From: Diplonema japonicum
Taxonomy: Eukaryota > Protista > Euglenozoa: Diplonemea
Direction of reading: 5' to 3'
NCBI GenBank assembly: GCA_964019335.1
Contig: OZ025715.1
Span: 124,001-188,000, forward strand
Length of the DNA stretch: 64,000 nucleotides
Shown here: positions 47,001 to 59,100 of the stretch, one piece after another
Position numbering within the stretch: the first letter of the stretch is position 1
Layout of the letters: each line of letters opens with the position of its first letter
Notes under the pieces: generated by a model
The model's database searches: none
What the model was told of the DNA's origin: nothing
The model's input: the letters and a program-made list of their open reading frames with translations, nothing else
Made by a program: the position numbers and the translations under genes

Positions 47001-50000
47001 TGCTGTTTGACTTCTCATCTGCGTTTGACCTGGTTCAGCACGAAGCTCTCCTGGGCATGATGCGGAGGAAGGGGATCCCTGAGCCCTTCGTCGAATGGAC
47101 GCGCTCCTTCCTCTGCGGTCGTACGGCGGCGGTCACGGTGGGTCGTTCGCGCGGGTCGACGACGAAGGTGAGGAGAGGGGTGCCCCAAGGGTCTGTGCTG
47201 GGACCCGTCCTTTACACCATCTACGTCGACGAGCTAGCCAGGTTGCTGGTTGGGATGGCGGACCTGTCGGTTCTTTATGCCGACGATGTTGCGGTGGTGG
47301 TCTCAGCCGGGCAGGGCGACCTGGCTGGTCTTGAGCGAGGGGCCCAGGCTGTGATGGACGCGGTTGAGGGCTGGTGTGGGAGACGGGGCATGCTGCTGAG
47401 CTCCAGCAAGTCGCAGGCAGTGTGCGTTCCCTATCAAAAGCGGCTTAAAGTCTACTTCTCTTCGTCGCGTGTCCCGCTTTGCCCGGGGGCCTTCCAGGAC
47501 CCTGTCCTTAACCTTGGGGTTGGGGCCTGTGGGACCTTGTCTGGCGTCCGTGAGCTGTCTGGCTTTCGGGTCGTGGAGGCGGGTGGCAAACGGTCCTTCG
47601 ACATTCCCGCTGCCATCCGGAGGTCCGACATTGGTTACATAGCGGCTCGCCCCCTACCTCTGTGTGGGTCGGCGAAGTATCTTGGGGTCACTGTAGACTC
47701 TGGGCTCACGTTTGACGAGCATGCGGGGGATGTCCTGAAGCGCGCTGACAAGAGGCTGAGGGTTCTAAGGCTCCTGTCGGGCACGACCTGGGGGTGCAAG
47801 AAGGCCACGCTCCGATCTCTGTACCTCACGTACGTTCTCCCGCTACTCCGGTACTGCATGGGTGTTTACTTTGCCAGGCTCAGGGACAGCAGGGTGGAGG
47901 AGCTTGTTGGGCTCCACCAGAGAGCGGCGGTGCTGATCTCGGGTTGTTGGCACGGCTCGGGCACGGCGAAGGTTGTTGCTGAGGCAGGACTGCTACCCCT
48001 CCGACAGATGGCTGAGGGAGCTGCGGCGGTGTTGACGGCGAAGTCGTTCTGCTGGAGGACCTCCCCGGTTCACCGCGAGGTCCTTGAGCAGAAGCGGATG
48101 ACCGGTATGGGCAATGGGTGGCTGCGTGCGGGTATCCTTGCGCTACGGCGCTGCGGACTGCAGGGATGGACGACGCAGGAAGGCTTCAGGAAGTACGACA
48201 CCTTCGAGCTACTCACTGCCTCGCCCAAAGTAGCACCGTGGCATGCGATCCTGGTGGAGTTCAGAACTGCCCTTCCCGGCAGGGTCACGCGTTCGTCGCC
48301 GGACGTGGATAAGCGGAAGGCGGCCGTGGAGGCTCTGGCTGCCCTTCCACCGGGTATCCATGCCTATACGGATGGTTCTGTCGTACGGGACCGCCAGAGG
48401 TGGAGGGGCGGCGCCGGGGTCTACTTGCAGCTCTCCCGCCCCCACGAACCCGTGTCCGAGAGCTTCGGCGTCAGCAATTTCTGCTCTTCCTTCCGGGCGG
48501 AGGGTCTGGCTGTCAAGGTGGCTCTGGACATGGTGGCCGCGCTCCGGAGCGAGCACCCCACGTTGGCAGACAGCCGGCTGTCGATCTGTACCGACTCGCT
48601 CTCTCTCCTTGATCAGCTGAGGGCAGGTCCTTCGCGGCAGAGGGAGAAGCTCGACCACGAGACCTGGGAACTGCTGGTGGCCGCGGCACGTGCGCAAGGT
48701 GCACCAGTCATTCTCCAGTTTGTGCCGTCCCACTGCGGGGTTCCTGGCAACGAGGCGGCAGACAGGCTGGCCGGGGAAGGCACGAAGCGCGAGCTGACTC
48801 GCCCCTCTCTCGACTACAGGTCGGTCAGGGCCCTGGTCCGTCGCCAGATTCAGCAGAGGTCTGCGGTCATTGTCGGGGAGGTGGCCCCGAGGTACGCGAG
48901 GGCCACGGGGCTCCGAGCACTTCCCCCAGTCCCTCCCCAGGCTAGCGGAGACGGTCATCTCGCGGCTGAGGGTAGGGCACTCGGCTCTCTTCTTTGGCTT
49001 CCTGCAGGCGGCTGGACCGAACAGGAAGAAGGCTGAGCTCGCTGTCCAGCGTGTGGAGCACAGATGTCCAGGGAGCACGTTGTTGGGGGGTGCGCTGTGG
49101 TTGGACGGGGTTCGCTCGACGCTCCCAATGGACGCCCCTCGCTGGTGGAGTGCCTGTCAAAACGCGTGACGCAGGTATTCACCCTTATCGCCGACTCTGG
49201 CTTGCTTGACTGGGCCAGATCCGGGGTCTTCACGTCGCCGTCTGCGGCAACAGCAGGTACCGCTGCCCCTTCGTTCATCCCGCCCCCGCCGGCTGTCTCC
49301 CTTGACGCCGGCCCTGCGGCCCCCGTGTTGCGCTGAAGTGAGTAGGGTGAGATCAACTTTTCAATTCTTTTAGTGCTTACGTTCCCTTCCCTTCTCTTTT
49401 CTTATGTTATCATCATCATCCGGCGTCTGGCCTTTCTCTTACCAGTATGCCCGTCCCCACTTTTAAATTTTTAAATTTTTAAAATTAACATCCTCTTGTT
49501 GCCGTGTGCCCTGACATTGTAGTCAAAAACGGATGGCCCGACCTACTCTGAAGTTGCCCTGATGAGTCCTCTCATCTTCGCACGAACGAGTGTGGTACGG
49601 CCATCCCCTCCCCCCGCCTGCCGGAGTGCAACGGGGAGAGCAAATACTTCCCCTATCATCCCCATGCGCACACGCACACTCGCTTCCCCTTTTGATTTTG
49701 AGAGATTTTACTCTCACCCTTTCATGTTTCGCTCAATGGAGCAAATCCCTCTCGAGGGGGCGACCGGGGCCAGTTCCGGTCACCAGAGGTCCCAGTTGAG
49801 AAAAACTACGAACTGGGGTCAAGGTCCCCGTCCGAGTCACGTAGGTCTACGCGGCTTGGAATTAAAGTAATTCAGCCCTCTTCGGCTGTTCCAAACAGGT
49901 GCACGGGTTGGCGGAGTCCACAGCTCCATCTGATTGCAGAAGAACTGGTCTTCGCCCTCCCTGTAATATTTCCATGCTTCCCTTCACCTTTCCCCTTCCC

Positions 50001-50061
50001 AGGTGTTGCTCCCCAATGGTGGCACCTATTGGTATTTTGAAAAAAAAAACTAATAAAAATA

Positions 50062-50141
<80 letters not shown>

Positions 50142-53100
50142 AACAGAAAAAAGTGAACCAAAAAGTACTAGTGAACCCTCTCCCCCTCCCCCTGTGTTTC
50201 CCATTATTACCCTGTCGTGCACCCCAACTTCTGTCTTCACCTTTCCCCGCCCCTTCACACATCCCCCCGTATCATTTCCCTTTGTTTTGAATTTTCTAAG
50301 GCTCCGCCGCCCAACAAAGCTGGCTGAAGGGGATGCCTCCGTGCCAGTGTGCCGCTCGTGAGGGCGAGCACGGACGAGGTACCCCACTCCTCAAAAACCC
50401 GGAGGTTCGCCCGAAGGGTGCTGGCTTGGGAAGCGGGCTGGAGAGCTGCCGGGGTCACGGAGGTGGGCGAAGTCGCGAACACTGGAGCCCACGAACCGGC
50501 CCCACCTCCGTCCTCGGTACGTATGGATAGTTTAGCGGAAGTTTCAAGGTTATCACATTCCTTTCCTTTCCCCCTTTCGTTAGATACAGGGAGACCCTTG
50601 GTCCACCTGTTCTGTCCCCCCCCCCCAGCCTTTGCTTCGCACGTCAGTGGTTCATTTATTATATTATTATAAAAAACTAATGCACAAGCAGTCGTATCCA
50701 AGCGGTTAAGGAGGTGGACTAGAAATCCATTGGGCTCTGCCCGCGTAGGTTCAAATCCTGCCGACTGCGGTTTTTCTATCAAAGGCTCCTCTTGGAGACA
50801 CTCAGAAAATTATGTCCTTCACCCCCATTGCTCGGAAAAAAATCCCATTTCCCTTTTTTTTTTTTTTTATTTCACTCTTCGTCATTTTCTTCACTCACTA
50901 GGGGCCTCATTATTTAACGCGAAATGGCCATTATTTAACGCGAAACGGCCATTATTTAACGCGAAATCGCCATTATTTAACTAGTTAAATAATGAGATTT
51001 TGCAGTTAAATAATGGCCCTTCAGAGTGAAAAAATGGGTCTTGTCGTGGAAAAAAATGCACCCAACCCCTTGAAAAATTTTTTTGGGGTGGGGGTATTTT
51101 GACTATTTTTGGCCATCTGAGGCCATTCCAGCCCTTAAAAGTGGGAATAAGTGCCTTACTTCCCCTTTAAATGCCACGGCGAAATAGCTACCCTGTATTA
51201 CCTTAGGAAAATCCCCAAAAAGCTGACCTGCGTGAAAAAAAAACAGCAGTGAAAGCAGTGAAGAGTGAGTGACTCAAATGACGAAGAGTGAAATAAAACG
51301 ACTTACTTGCCGCCAAATGAGCCATTATTTAACACTCGTTACCCGTTTTTTTGCACTCGGGCCCTGCGGGCCCTCGTGCAAAAAATTCGGGAACTCGAGT
51401 TAAATAATGACTCATTATTTGTTGGCAATAAATAGTTATTTTTTTTTTCACACTCACCAATGATTCGCTCAATAGGAGCAATACCTCCCTGGGGGGCTTT
51501 CCGCCGGAGGTTCCAGCCAAAGAAGGACATCCAGCTGGAAGGTAGGCCCCCGTTTTTCTCTCACTTGACTGAGGGAATAATGTAATTCAGCCCTCTTCGG
51601 CTGTCCCAAAGCAGAGCACGGGTTGGTGGGGGACCAGGGCTCCTCCTGCTTGCAGAAGCCTGGTCCATTGCCCTCCCTATTTCCCCATGGTTTCCCTTCA
51701 CCTTTTTTTCCCTTTTCTCAGGTGTTGCTCTCCATGGCGGCCCTGCATTGGTATTTTGAAAAAAAAAAAAAAAAAATCGACGCGGTAGTGTACGCAGACG
51801 ACATGGCGATAGTGCTGGAGGCGGGAAGTCCTGCCGAGCTGAACAAGAAGGTGCAACGCGCGGTGAGCCTCACGGAGCGATGGTGCGAGACGTTCTCGAT
51901 GAAACTGTCCCAGGAAAAGACAGAGTTCATGCCGGTAGAGGGACAGTTCTGGAACTCGCACGACAGTCTCGCAAACCTCATCAACGCCCGCTTCCCCTCG
52001 AGTGGGGCGAAAGTCAAGGTGGTACGCGAGGCTAAATATCTTGGCGTCACCTTCGACGAAAACATGGACTTCCACGAGCATGTGCAGAAGGTGAAGGGAA
52101 AGATCAACAGCCGTCTTCGCCTGCTGCGCAAACTCGCCGGAACAAGGTGGGGCTGCCGCAAGCACACCCTAAGGACGCTGTACCTGACGTACGTCCAACC
52201 GGTTCTGCGCTATTGTCTCGGTGCTTACGGCAACTTCGTGGGACATGCTGCTCTGGCCGAGTTCGACTCGCTACAATACACAGCAGCGAGGTTGATAACG
52301 GGATGCTTCGACAAGACTTCCGCGACGGTGACCAGGTCAGAGGCGGGCATCTGGGAGATTGAATCCTTGCTGGAACACGACACCCTGGTGCTCTACGAGA
52401 AGGCACAGCGTCAACCGGGGACGACAGCGGAGAAGGCAACAAAGATATCCGGGGGTCAGATGTGGTACGGGAAAAGCTGGCGAAATACCGCGCTCGACTT
52501 GGCGAAGAGTCACGGGATGCCGGAACGCGAAGACCTACCACACCACTCAGTCACTCAGAGCGCAGACCTGCAGCTCCCTCCATGGGTCCAACCCAAAGTC
52601 CTGTTCTACCCCGACCTCGTCCGCAAGGTACACAAGAAGGACGAAAAAAGTCTCAAACTCCGAGCGGCCTTCGAATCGATCAGGAGGCACGGCATCCCAG
52701 ATGTGATCGTCTACACCGACGGGTCAGTCACCGGACACAGGAACGGCGGTTCGGCAGCTGTGATAAGGATCGGGTCTGACACACCGAAGCAGGCACGCAA
52801 GAGCGGAGGAGCAGTGACTTCGGCCTACCGATGCGAACTGAAATGCTGCAATTGACTCTGTACCATACCCGGAGACAAGGTGTGGCGACCGGAGTAGTGC
52901 TGCTGTGCTCGGACTCCCAGTCGGTGATCAGAAGACTGATGCAGGGCCACAGAGAGATGAGACAGAAGGAGGAACTGCTGGCTTGGAAATGGCTGAACGC
53001 GCTTGACTGCCAAGGCCTCTCCACCATCATCCAGTACGTTCCCGGGCACTGCGGCCTACCAGGTAACGAGCAAGCCGACCGACACGCCAAACGCGCCGCA

Positions 53101-56100
53101 AAGGAGTCGACACCGGACGGCCCGACGGACCTGATGACCACAAAGAGCCTCATCAAGAGGTCGGTGAACCGCGACTGGGCAGCCTCGTGGGAGAAGACAG
53201 GTCGGGACAAGAGGTACCGAGAGGAGATCGGCGCGAGGTACCTCCCAATGAAGGAACTGTCCTGCAGACACGATGAGGTACAGATAACGAGACTGCGAAC
53301 GGGCAGGAGCCACCTGACTTGCGGTTTCCTGTCGAAACCCGTCCAGAATGACATACGTTGCCTCTCGTGCCATTCGATCCAGGACAGACACCATCTACTG
53401 ATCGGGTGCCCAGCTGGAGACAAGGTCCGCGAAGAGATCTTCGGGGATGACATCCCCACGACTACGAAGGAGATGCTCACAATGAGGGTGAGTGAGACCG
53501 CCTCCTACCTGAAGAGGATGGACCTCATCTGAGACTCTCACGACCGCCGAGCCGCTGACCGCAATCGCAGGACGTAGGGAAAAAAAAAAAAAAAAAAAAA
53601 AAAAAGAACAGAAAAAAAGTGAACCAAAAAGTACTAGTGAACCCTCTCCCCCTCCCCCTGTGTTTCCCATTATTACCCTGTCGTGCACCCCAACTTCTGT
53701 CTTCACCTTTCCCCGCCCCTTCACACATCCCCCCGTATCATTTCCCTTTGTTTTGAATTTTCTAAGGCTCCGCCGCCCAACAAAGCTGGCTGAAGGGGAT
53801 GCCTCCGTGCCAGTGTGCCGCTCGTGAGGGCGAGCACGGACGAGGTACCCCACTCCTCAAAAACCCGGAGGTTCGCCCGAAGGGTGCTGGCTTGGGAAGC
53901 GGGCTGGAGAGCTGCCGGGGTCACGGAGGTGGGCGAAGTCGCGAACACTGGAGCCCACGTACCGGCCCCACCTCCGTCCTCGGTACGTAAGGATAGTTTA
54001 GCGGAAGTTTCAAGGTTATCTCATTCCTTTCCCCCTTTCGTTAGATACAGGGAGACCCTTGGTCCACCTGTTCTGTCCCCCCCCCCCCCCCCCCCCCCCA
54101 GCCTTTGCTTCGCACGTCAGTGGTACATTTATTATTATTATTATTATTAAAAAAAATCCAAGGTCCCCGTCCGAGTCACGTAGGTCTACGCGGCTTGGAA
54201 TTAAAGTAATTCAGCCCTCTTCGGCTGTTCCAAACAGGTGCACGGGTTGGCGGAGTCCACAGCTCCATCTGATTGCAGAAGAACTGGTCTTCGCCCTCCC
54301 TGTAATATTTCCATGCTTCCCTTCACCTTTCCCCTTCCCAGGTGTTGCTCCCCATGGTGGCACCTATTGGTATTTTGAAAAAAAAAAAAAAAAAAAATCG
54401 GGGCCGGTCGAAGGCAAGAGTCGCCACGAAATCCTTAAGACGATCCTTCCTATTGAGGGGGATGCGCTACCAGGGGAAAGGAAAAAAGGTGGCCATGGGC
54501 AGGACAGTCGAAGGAATGTACTAGGGGGCCAAGAGGCAGACTGACTGCGCCATAGGCGATACAAAAGGAGAAGATTTTGACCAAGAAAGAATGGAACAAT
54601 GGAATATCTGAAAGGAAGTATACACACACTCCCCTTACTGAATACCGTCTTGCTTCACCCTGTGATTTGCCAGGCACAATTATGTCACCCTGTGCAACAC
54701 AGACTTTTGATGTTTCAACCTCTTTATCTTCTCTCCACCTTTTGTCTCCCCCACTGGCAGTGGAACAAAAAAAAATCCGAAGGCGGCTTAGCTCAGTGGT
54801 AGAGCATTGGTCCTGTAAACCAAGGGTCGAGAGTTCGATCCTCTCAGTCGCCTCATTTTTTTCGTGATGACAGAAGGTCCCTGCTCAGGCCACTTTGTTG
54901 ATTTCCCCAGGAAAGCATCCAACGGCGTCCCCAGATCCGGTCCTCGTTCTGGCGTGTAGGAGGCTTCCCCAGGGGATGCCATCCAACACGGCGCTCCGGC
55001 TCCGGCCCTCGGCCGCCCAATGCAACACCGTTCCCCTGCTCCTCCCCCCGAGCTGCCTCAGCCTGCGCGTTGCCCGGGGATCACCACCGTTGAGGTGGGC
55101 AGCCACTACACACATCGCGTTCGTCTTCATTTTTCTTGGCGTGTGCAAACGACCCCTAAAATCGCGGATTTACCACCGGTGATAATTACAATGGCATCAC
55201 AAATTTATAATCGGGGTGTATCACATAGAGTTCACAGTTCATATTCTCGCGGGTTTGCGGAGGTGTTGTCAGCCAGGTCTGATGCACCATTTTGAAGATA
55301 AAAGTTGATTCTCCCCCTCGAAACCAGTTTTTGGTGGCACGAAAGCTCATATGAGCAGTACTGATTCAGACGAGTTCGGGAGTGCCAAAGGGGACATTTT
55401 CACTGACGATGGGACCTCACCTTGCTAATACCATTGTAAAAGCGTGAAATAGCAATCAAACACAGCACTGTGGACCCCGATGTGAGGTATCTCAGCACTT
55501 GGCATATTGCCTTCCCATTTGGTGAAGGATCGAGGTCATTGTAGGGGTGCTTGGGAGGCTGGTATTTGGGAGCCCTGACTCGCGTACAGGATTGGTGTAC
55601 CACGTGATCACTGCAGAAGCACCAATGCTTATGATGCCAAAAAAGGACAACATGGCGACCAGAATGTCTCGGCGGCGCTGCTTCGAGCTTCTTGTCCTGC
55701 AGCTCGAGCGCGACAATGAAAGCTCTTACAACGTTCTCCCATATCTCCTGCGGTGCCTTCAATGGCGTCTTATGAAATGAACGTCGTGCTCAGTTTGAAA
55801 GCGCACCCCACGTGACTTGTCGATGCCACTATTCGTGTCACCTGGTGGATGGCTCGGCATCGGTAGCGTTCCCCTTGTACCCCGGCATCGATAACTTCTA
55901 TACTGGCGTTACCCTTGTACAACAGATGTGGGAATCAAGTTTGTGGTGGAAACAATCCGAAGAAAATCGCCAGAATGTACCTAATCTTACAGCGAAGAAG
56001 CAAGTAGGCCTAGGCAGGCCCAAAAACGGGTTCGCGATGAGCGACAACAGCTTTTGGACTGTCATGCGCCAGTCCGGAAACAACCGCCCAGCAAGCACCC

Positions 56101-59100
56101 GTTCTGAAATGGGGACCAGGGAAGATGCCAGGCGCGACTTCACCAAGGGTAACTGGTCCAAAAAACTGGATGCAGCAAGACAATGCACACACCACATGCG
56201 TGTTTTGGGGGTCCGGGTGCAAACTATCTTCATCCGCAAGGCTTGTACCTTGCATCTGTGCCCAGCTTGCTTTGCGGACTATCACGAACCAGTGGTTTAC
56301 CCACCCCAATCTACCCCCTCTGGAGGCCCGGCCACAACGCCTAAGGTACCAGCGTCTCCAAACACACACCCTTCTCCCCAGGTCGTCTGAGCCAAGTCCC
56401 AAAATCGTTTTATGGTTGCATGCTCGAGGATGTTTTAATTTTAGAAAATAAAAAAGTCGATGGTGACCTTTTTTTTGCCCAAAAACCCCCGTCCTTTAAT
56501 GGTTAATGCAAAATGTCCAGAGTGCGCAACAGTGTTCTCCACGTGAGGGGTTCGATCTCAAAGTGGGTCCGCCAGTCACCAAAGTTGTAGGCTGGGTTCC
56601 CACGGAGAGAGAATCGGAGCGGAGGCGTCAGGTGCGGTGGACCACTCTAAGGGATGTAAGTCCATTGTGTGACACAGTCTCTCGGTGAAGGTCTGACTTC
56701 TGGTGGGTAGGAAGGCAGAACCACATAGGGGGTAAGGAAGACCATTGTGTGACTAGTCGCACACGGTGAAAGCCCAAGGCCGGTGGGTATCTGCCAACGT
56801 GGCCCCTCCTCTACTTCATTCCAGCCCTTAAAAGTAGGAATACGTATGAGAGTTGTGGTCGCCTCATTTTGGGGGGTTTTTTTTTGAAATCGACCCATAT
56901 TTACAGGCAGGGGAGTTAAATAATGTAGAAAAGACTCCTGTGATTATATATTTGTGATGCCGTTGTAATTATTACAGTGTTAAATCCGCGAGCTCGCCTG
57001 GTCACGCTCCGGACTGTTCACCTCGCCATCATCCCTGGCGTCTACAGACGTCACTGCACCTTCAAACGTGCCGCCCCCTCCTCCGGTCTCTCTTGACGCC
57101 GGTCCCGCGGCCCCCGTGCTGCGCTAAGGGATCGCCCCGCGTGTGTGTGTAAAATGGAATGTTGTGTTTCCCACTTTCCTTTCCCTTCCTTCCCCTTCCT
57201 CTCACTGTTTCCCATTTCCCCTTTTTTTTCACACTCACCAATGATTCGCTCAATAGGAGCAATACCTCCCTGGGGGGCTTTCCGCCGGAGGTTCCAGCCA
57301 AAGAAGGACATCCAGCTGGAAGGTAGGCCCCCGTTTTTCTCTCACTTGACTGAGGGAATAATGTAATTCAGCCCTCTTCGGCTGTCCCAAAGCAGAGCAC
57401 GGGTTGGTGGGGGACCAGGGCTCCTCCTGCTTGCAGAAGCCTGGTCCTTTGCCCTCCCTATTTCCCCATGGTTTCCCTTCACCTTTTTTTTCCCCTTTTC
57501 TCAGGTGTTGCTCTCCATGGCGGCCCTGCATTGGTATTTTGAAAAAAAAAAAAAAAAAAAAAAAAGGAACAGAAAAAAGTGAACCAAAAAGTACTAGTGA
57601 ACCCTCTCCCCCTCCCCCTGTGTTTCCCATTATTACCCTGTCGTGCACCCCAACTTCTGTCTTCACCTTTCCCCGCCCCTTCACACATCCCCCCGTATCA
57701 TTTCCCTTTGTTTTGAATTTTCTAAGGCTCCGCCGCCCAACAAAGCTGGCTGAAGGGGATGCCTCCGTGCCAGTGTGCCGCTCGTGAGGGCGAGCACGGA
57801 CGAGGTACCCCACTCCTCAAAAACCCGGAGGTTCGCCCGAAGGGTGCTGGCTTGGGAAGCGGGCTGGAGAGCTGCCGGGGTCACGGAGGTGGGCGAAGTC
57901 GCGAACACTGGAGCCCACGAACCGGCCCCACCTCCGTCCTCGGTACGTATGGATAGTTTAGCGGAAGTTTCAAGGTTATCACATTCCTTTCCCCCTTTCG
58001 TTAGATACAGGGAGACCCTTGGTCCACCTGTTCTGTCCCCCCCCCCAGCCTTTGCTTCGCACGTCAGTGGTTCATTTATTATTATTATTAAAATAAATCC
58101 GCGACAGGTCGGTCAGGGCCCTGGTCCGTCGCCAGATTCAGCAGAGGTCTGCGGTCATTGTCGGGGAGGTGGCCCCGAGGTACGCGAGGGCCACGGGGCT
58201 CCGAGCGGCGTGCTTCCCCCAGTCCCTCCCCAGGCTAGCGGAGACGGTCATCTCGCGGCTGAGGGTAGGGCACTCCGCTCTCTTCTTCGGCTTCCTGCAG
58301 GCGGCTGGACCGAACAGGAAGAAGGCTGAGCTCAGCTGTCCAGCGTGTGGAGCTCGGATGTCCAGGGAGCACGTTGTTGGGGGGTGCGCTGTGGTTGGAC
58401 GGGGTTCGCTCGACGCTCCCAATGGACGCCCCTCGCTGGTGGAGTGCCTGTCAAAACGCGTGACGCAGGTATTCACCCTCATCGCCGACTCTGGCTTGCT
58501 TGACTGGGCCAGATACGGGGTCTTCACGTCGCCGTCTGCGGCAACGGCAGGTACCGCTGCCCCTTCGTTCATCCCGCCGGCTGTCTCCCTTGACGCCGGC
58601 CCTGCGGCCCCCGTGTTGCGCTGAAGTGAGTAGGGTGAGATCAACTTTTCAATTCTTTTAGTGCTTACGTTCCCTTCCCCTCTCTTCCACTCCCTCTCAT
58701 CCTTTTCTTTATCATCATCCGGCGTCTGGCCTTTCTCTTACCAGTATGCCCGTCCCCTTTTAAACTTTTAAATTTTTAAAATTAACATCCTCTTGTTATC
58801 GTGTGCCCTGACATTGTAGTCAAAAACGGATGGCCCGGCCTACTCTGAAGTTGCCCAGATGAGTCCTCTCATCTTCGCACGAACGAGTGTGGTACGGCCA
58901 TCCCCTCCCCCCGCCAGCCGGAGTGCAGCGGGGAGAGCAAATGCTTCCCCTATCATCCCCATGCGCACACGCACACTCGCTTCCCCTTTTGATTTTGAGA
59001 GATTTTACTCTCACCCTTTCATGTTTCGCTCAATGGAGCAAATCCCTCTCGAGGGGGCGACCGGGGCCAGTTCCGGTCACCAGAGGTCCCAGTTGAGAAA

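Noticed and set aside
49555-49600. ctgatgag in the family A 3' UTR as a hammerhead ribozyme core
   Set aside because: No properly placed GAAA or stem II, and the second copy (near 58857) reads cagatgag.
50140-50674. Module B as SRP, RNase P/MRP or telomerase RNA, or a tRNA-derived SINE
   Set aside because: I could not identify the conserved motifs or A/B boxes; it is multi-copy with a variable (ATT)n tail, like a retroelement end.
50908-50994. 21-bp repeats as a CRISPR array
   Set aside because: Contiguous tandem units with no unique spacers, no cas genes, eukaryotic context.
51623-51778. N-terminal part of ORF 51623-52855
   Set aside because: Chance read-through from the family C 3' UTR and poly(A) into the truncated D element.
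54885-55148. Minus-strand TVLHWAA ankyrin-like fragment
   Set aside because: A single short motif; not enough to call a gene.
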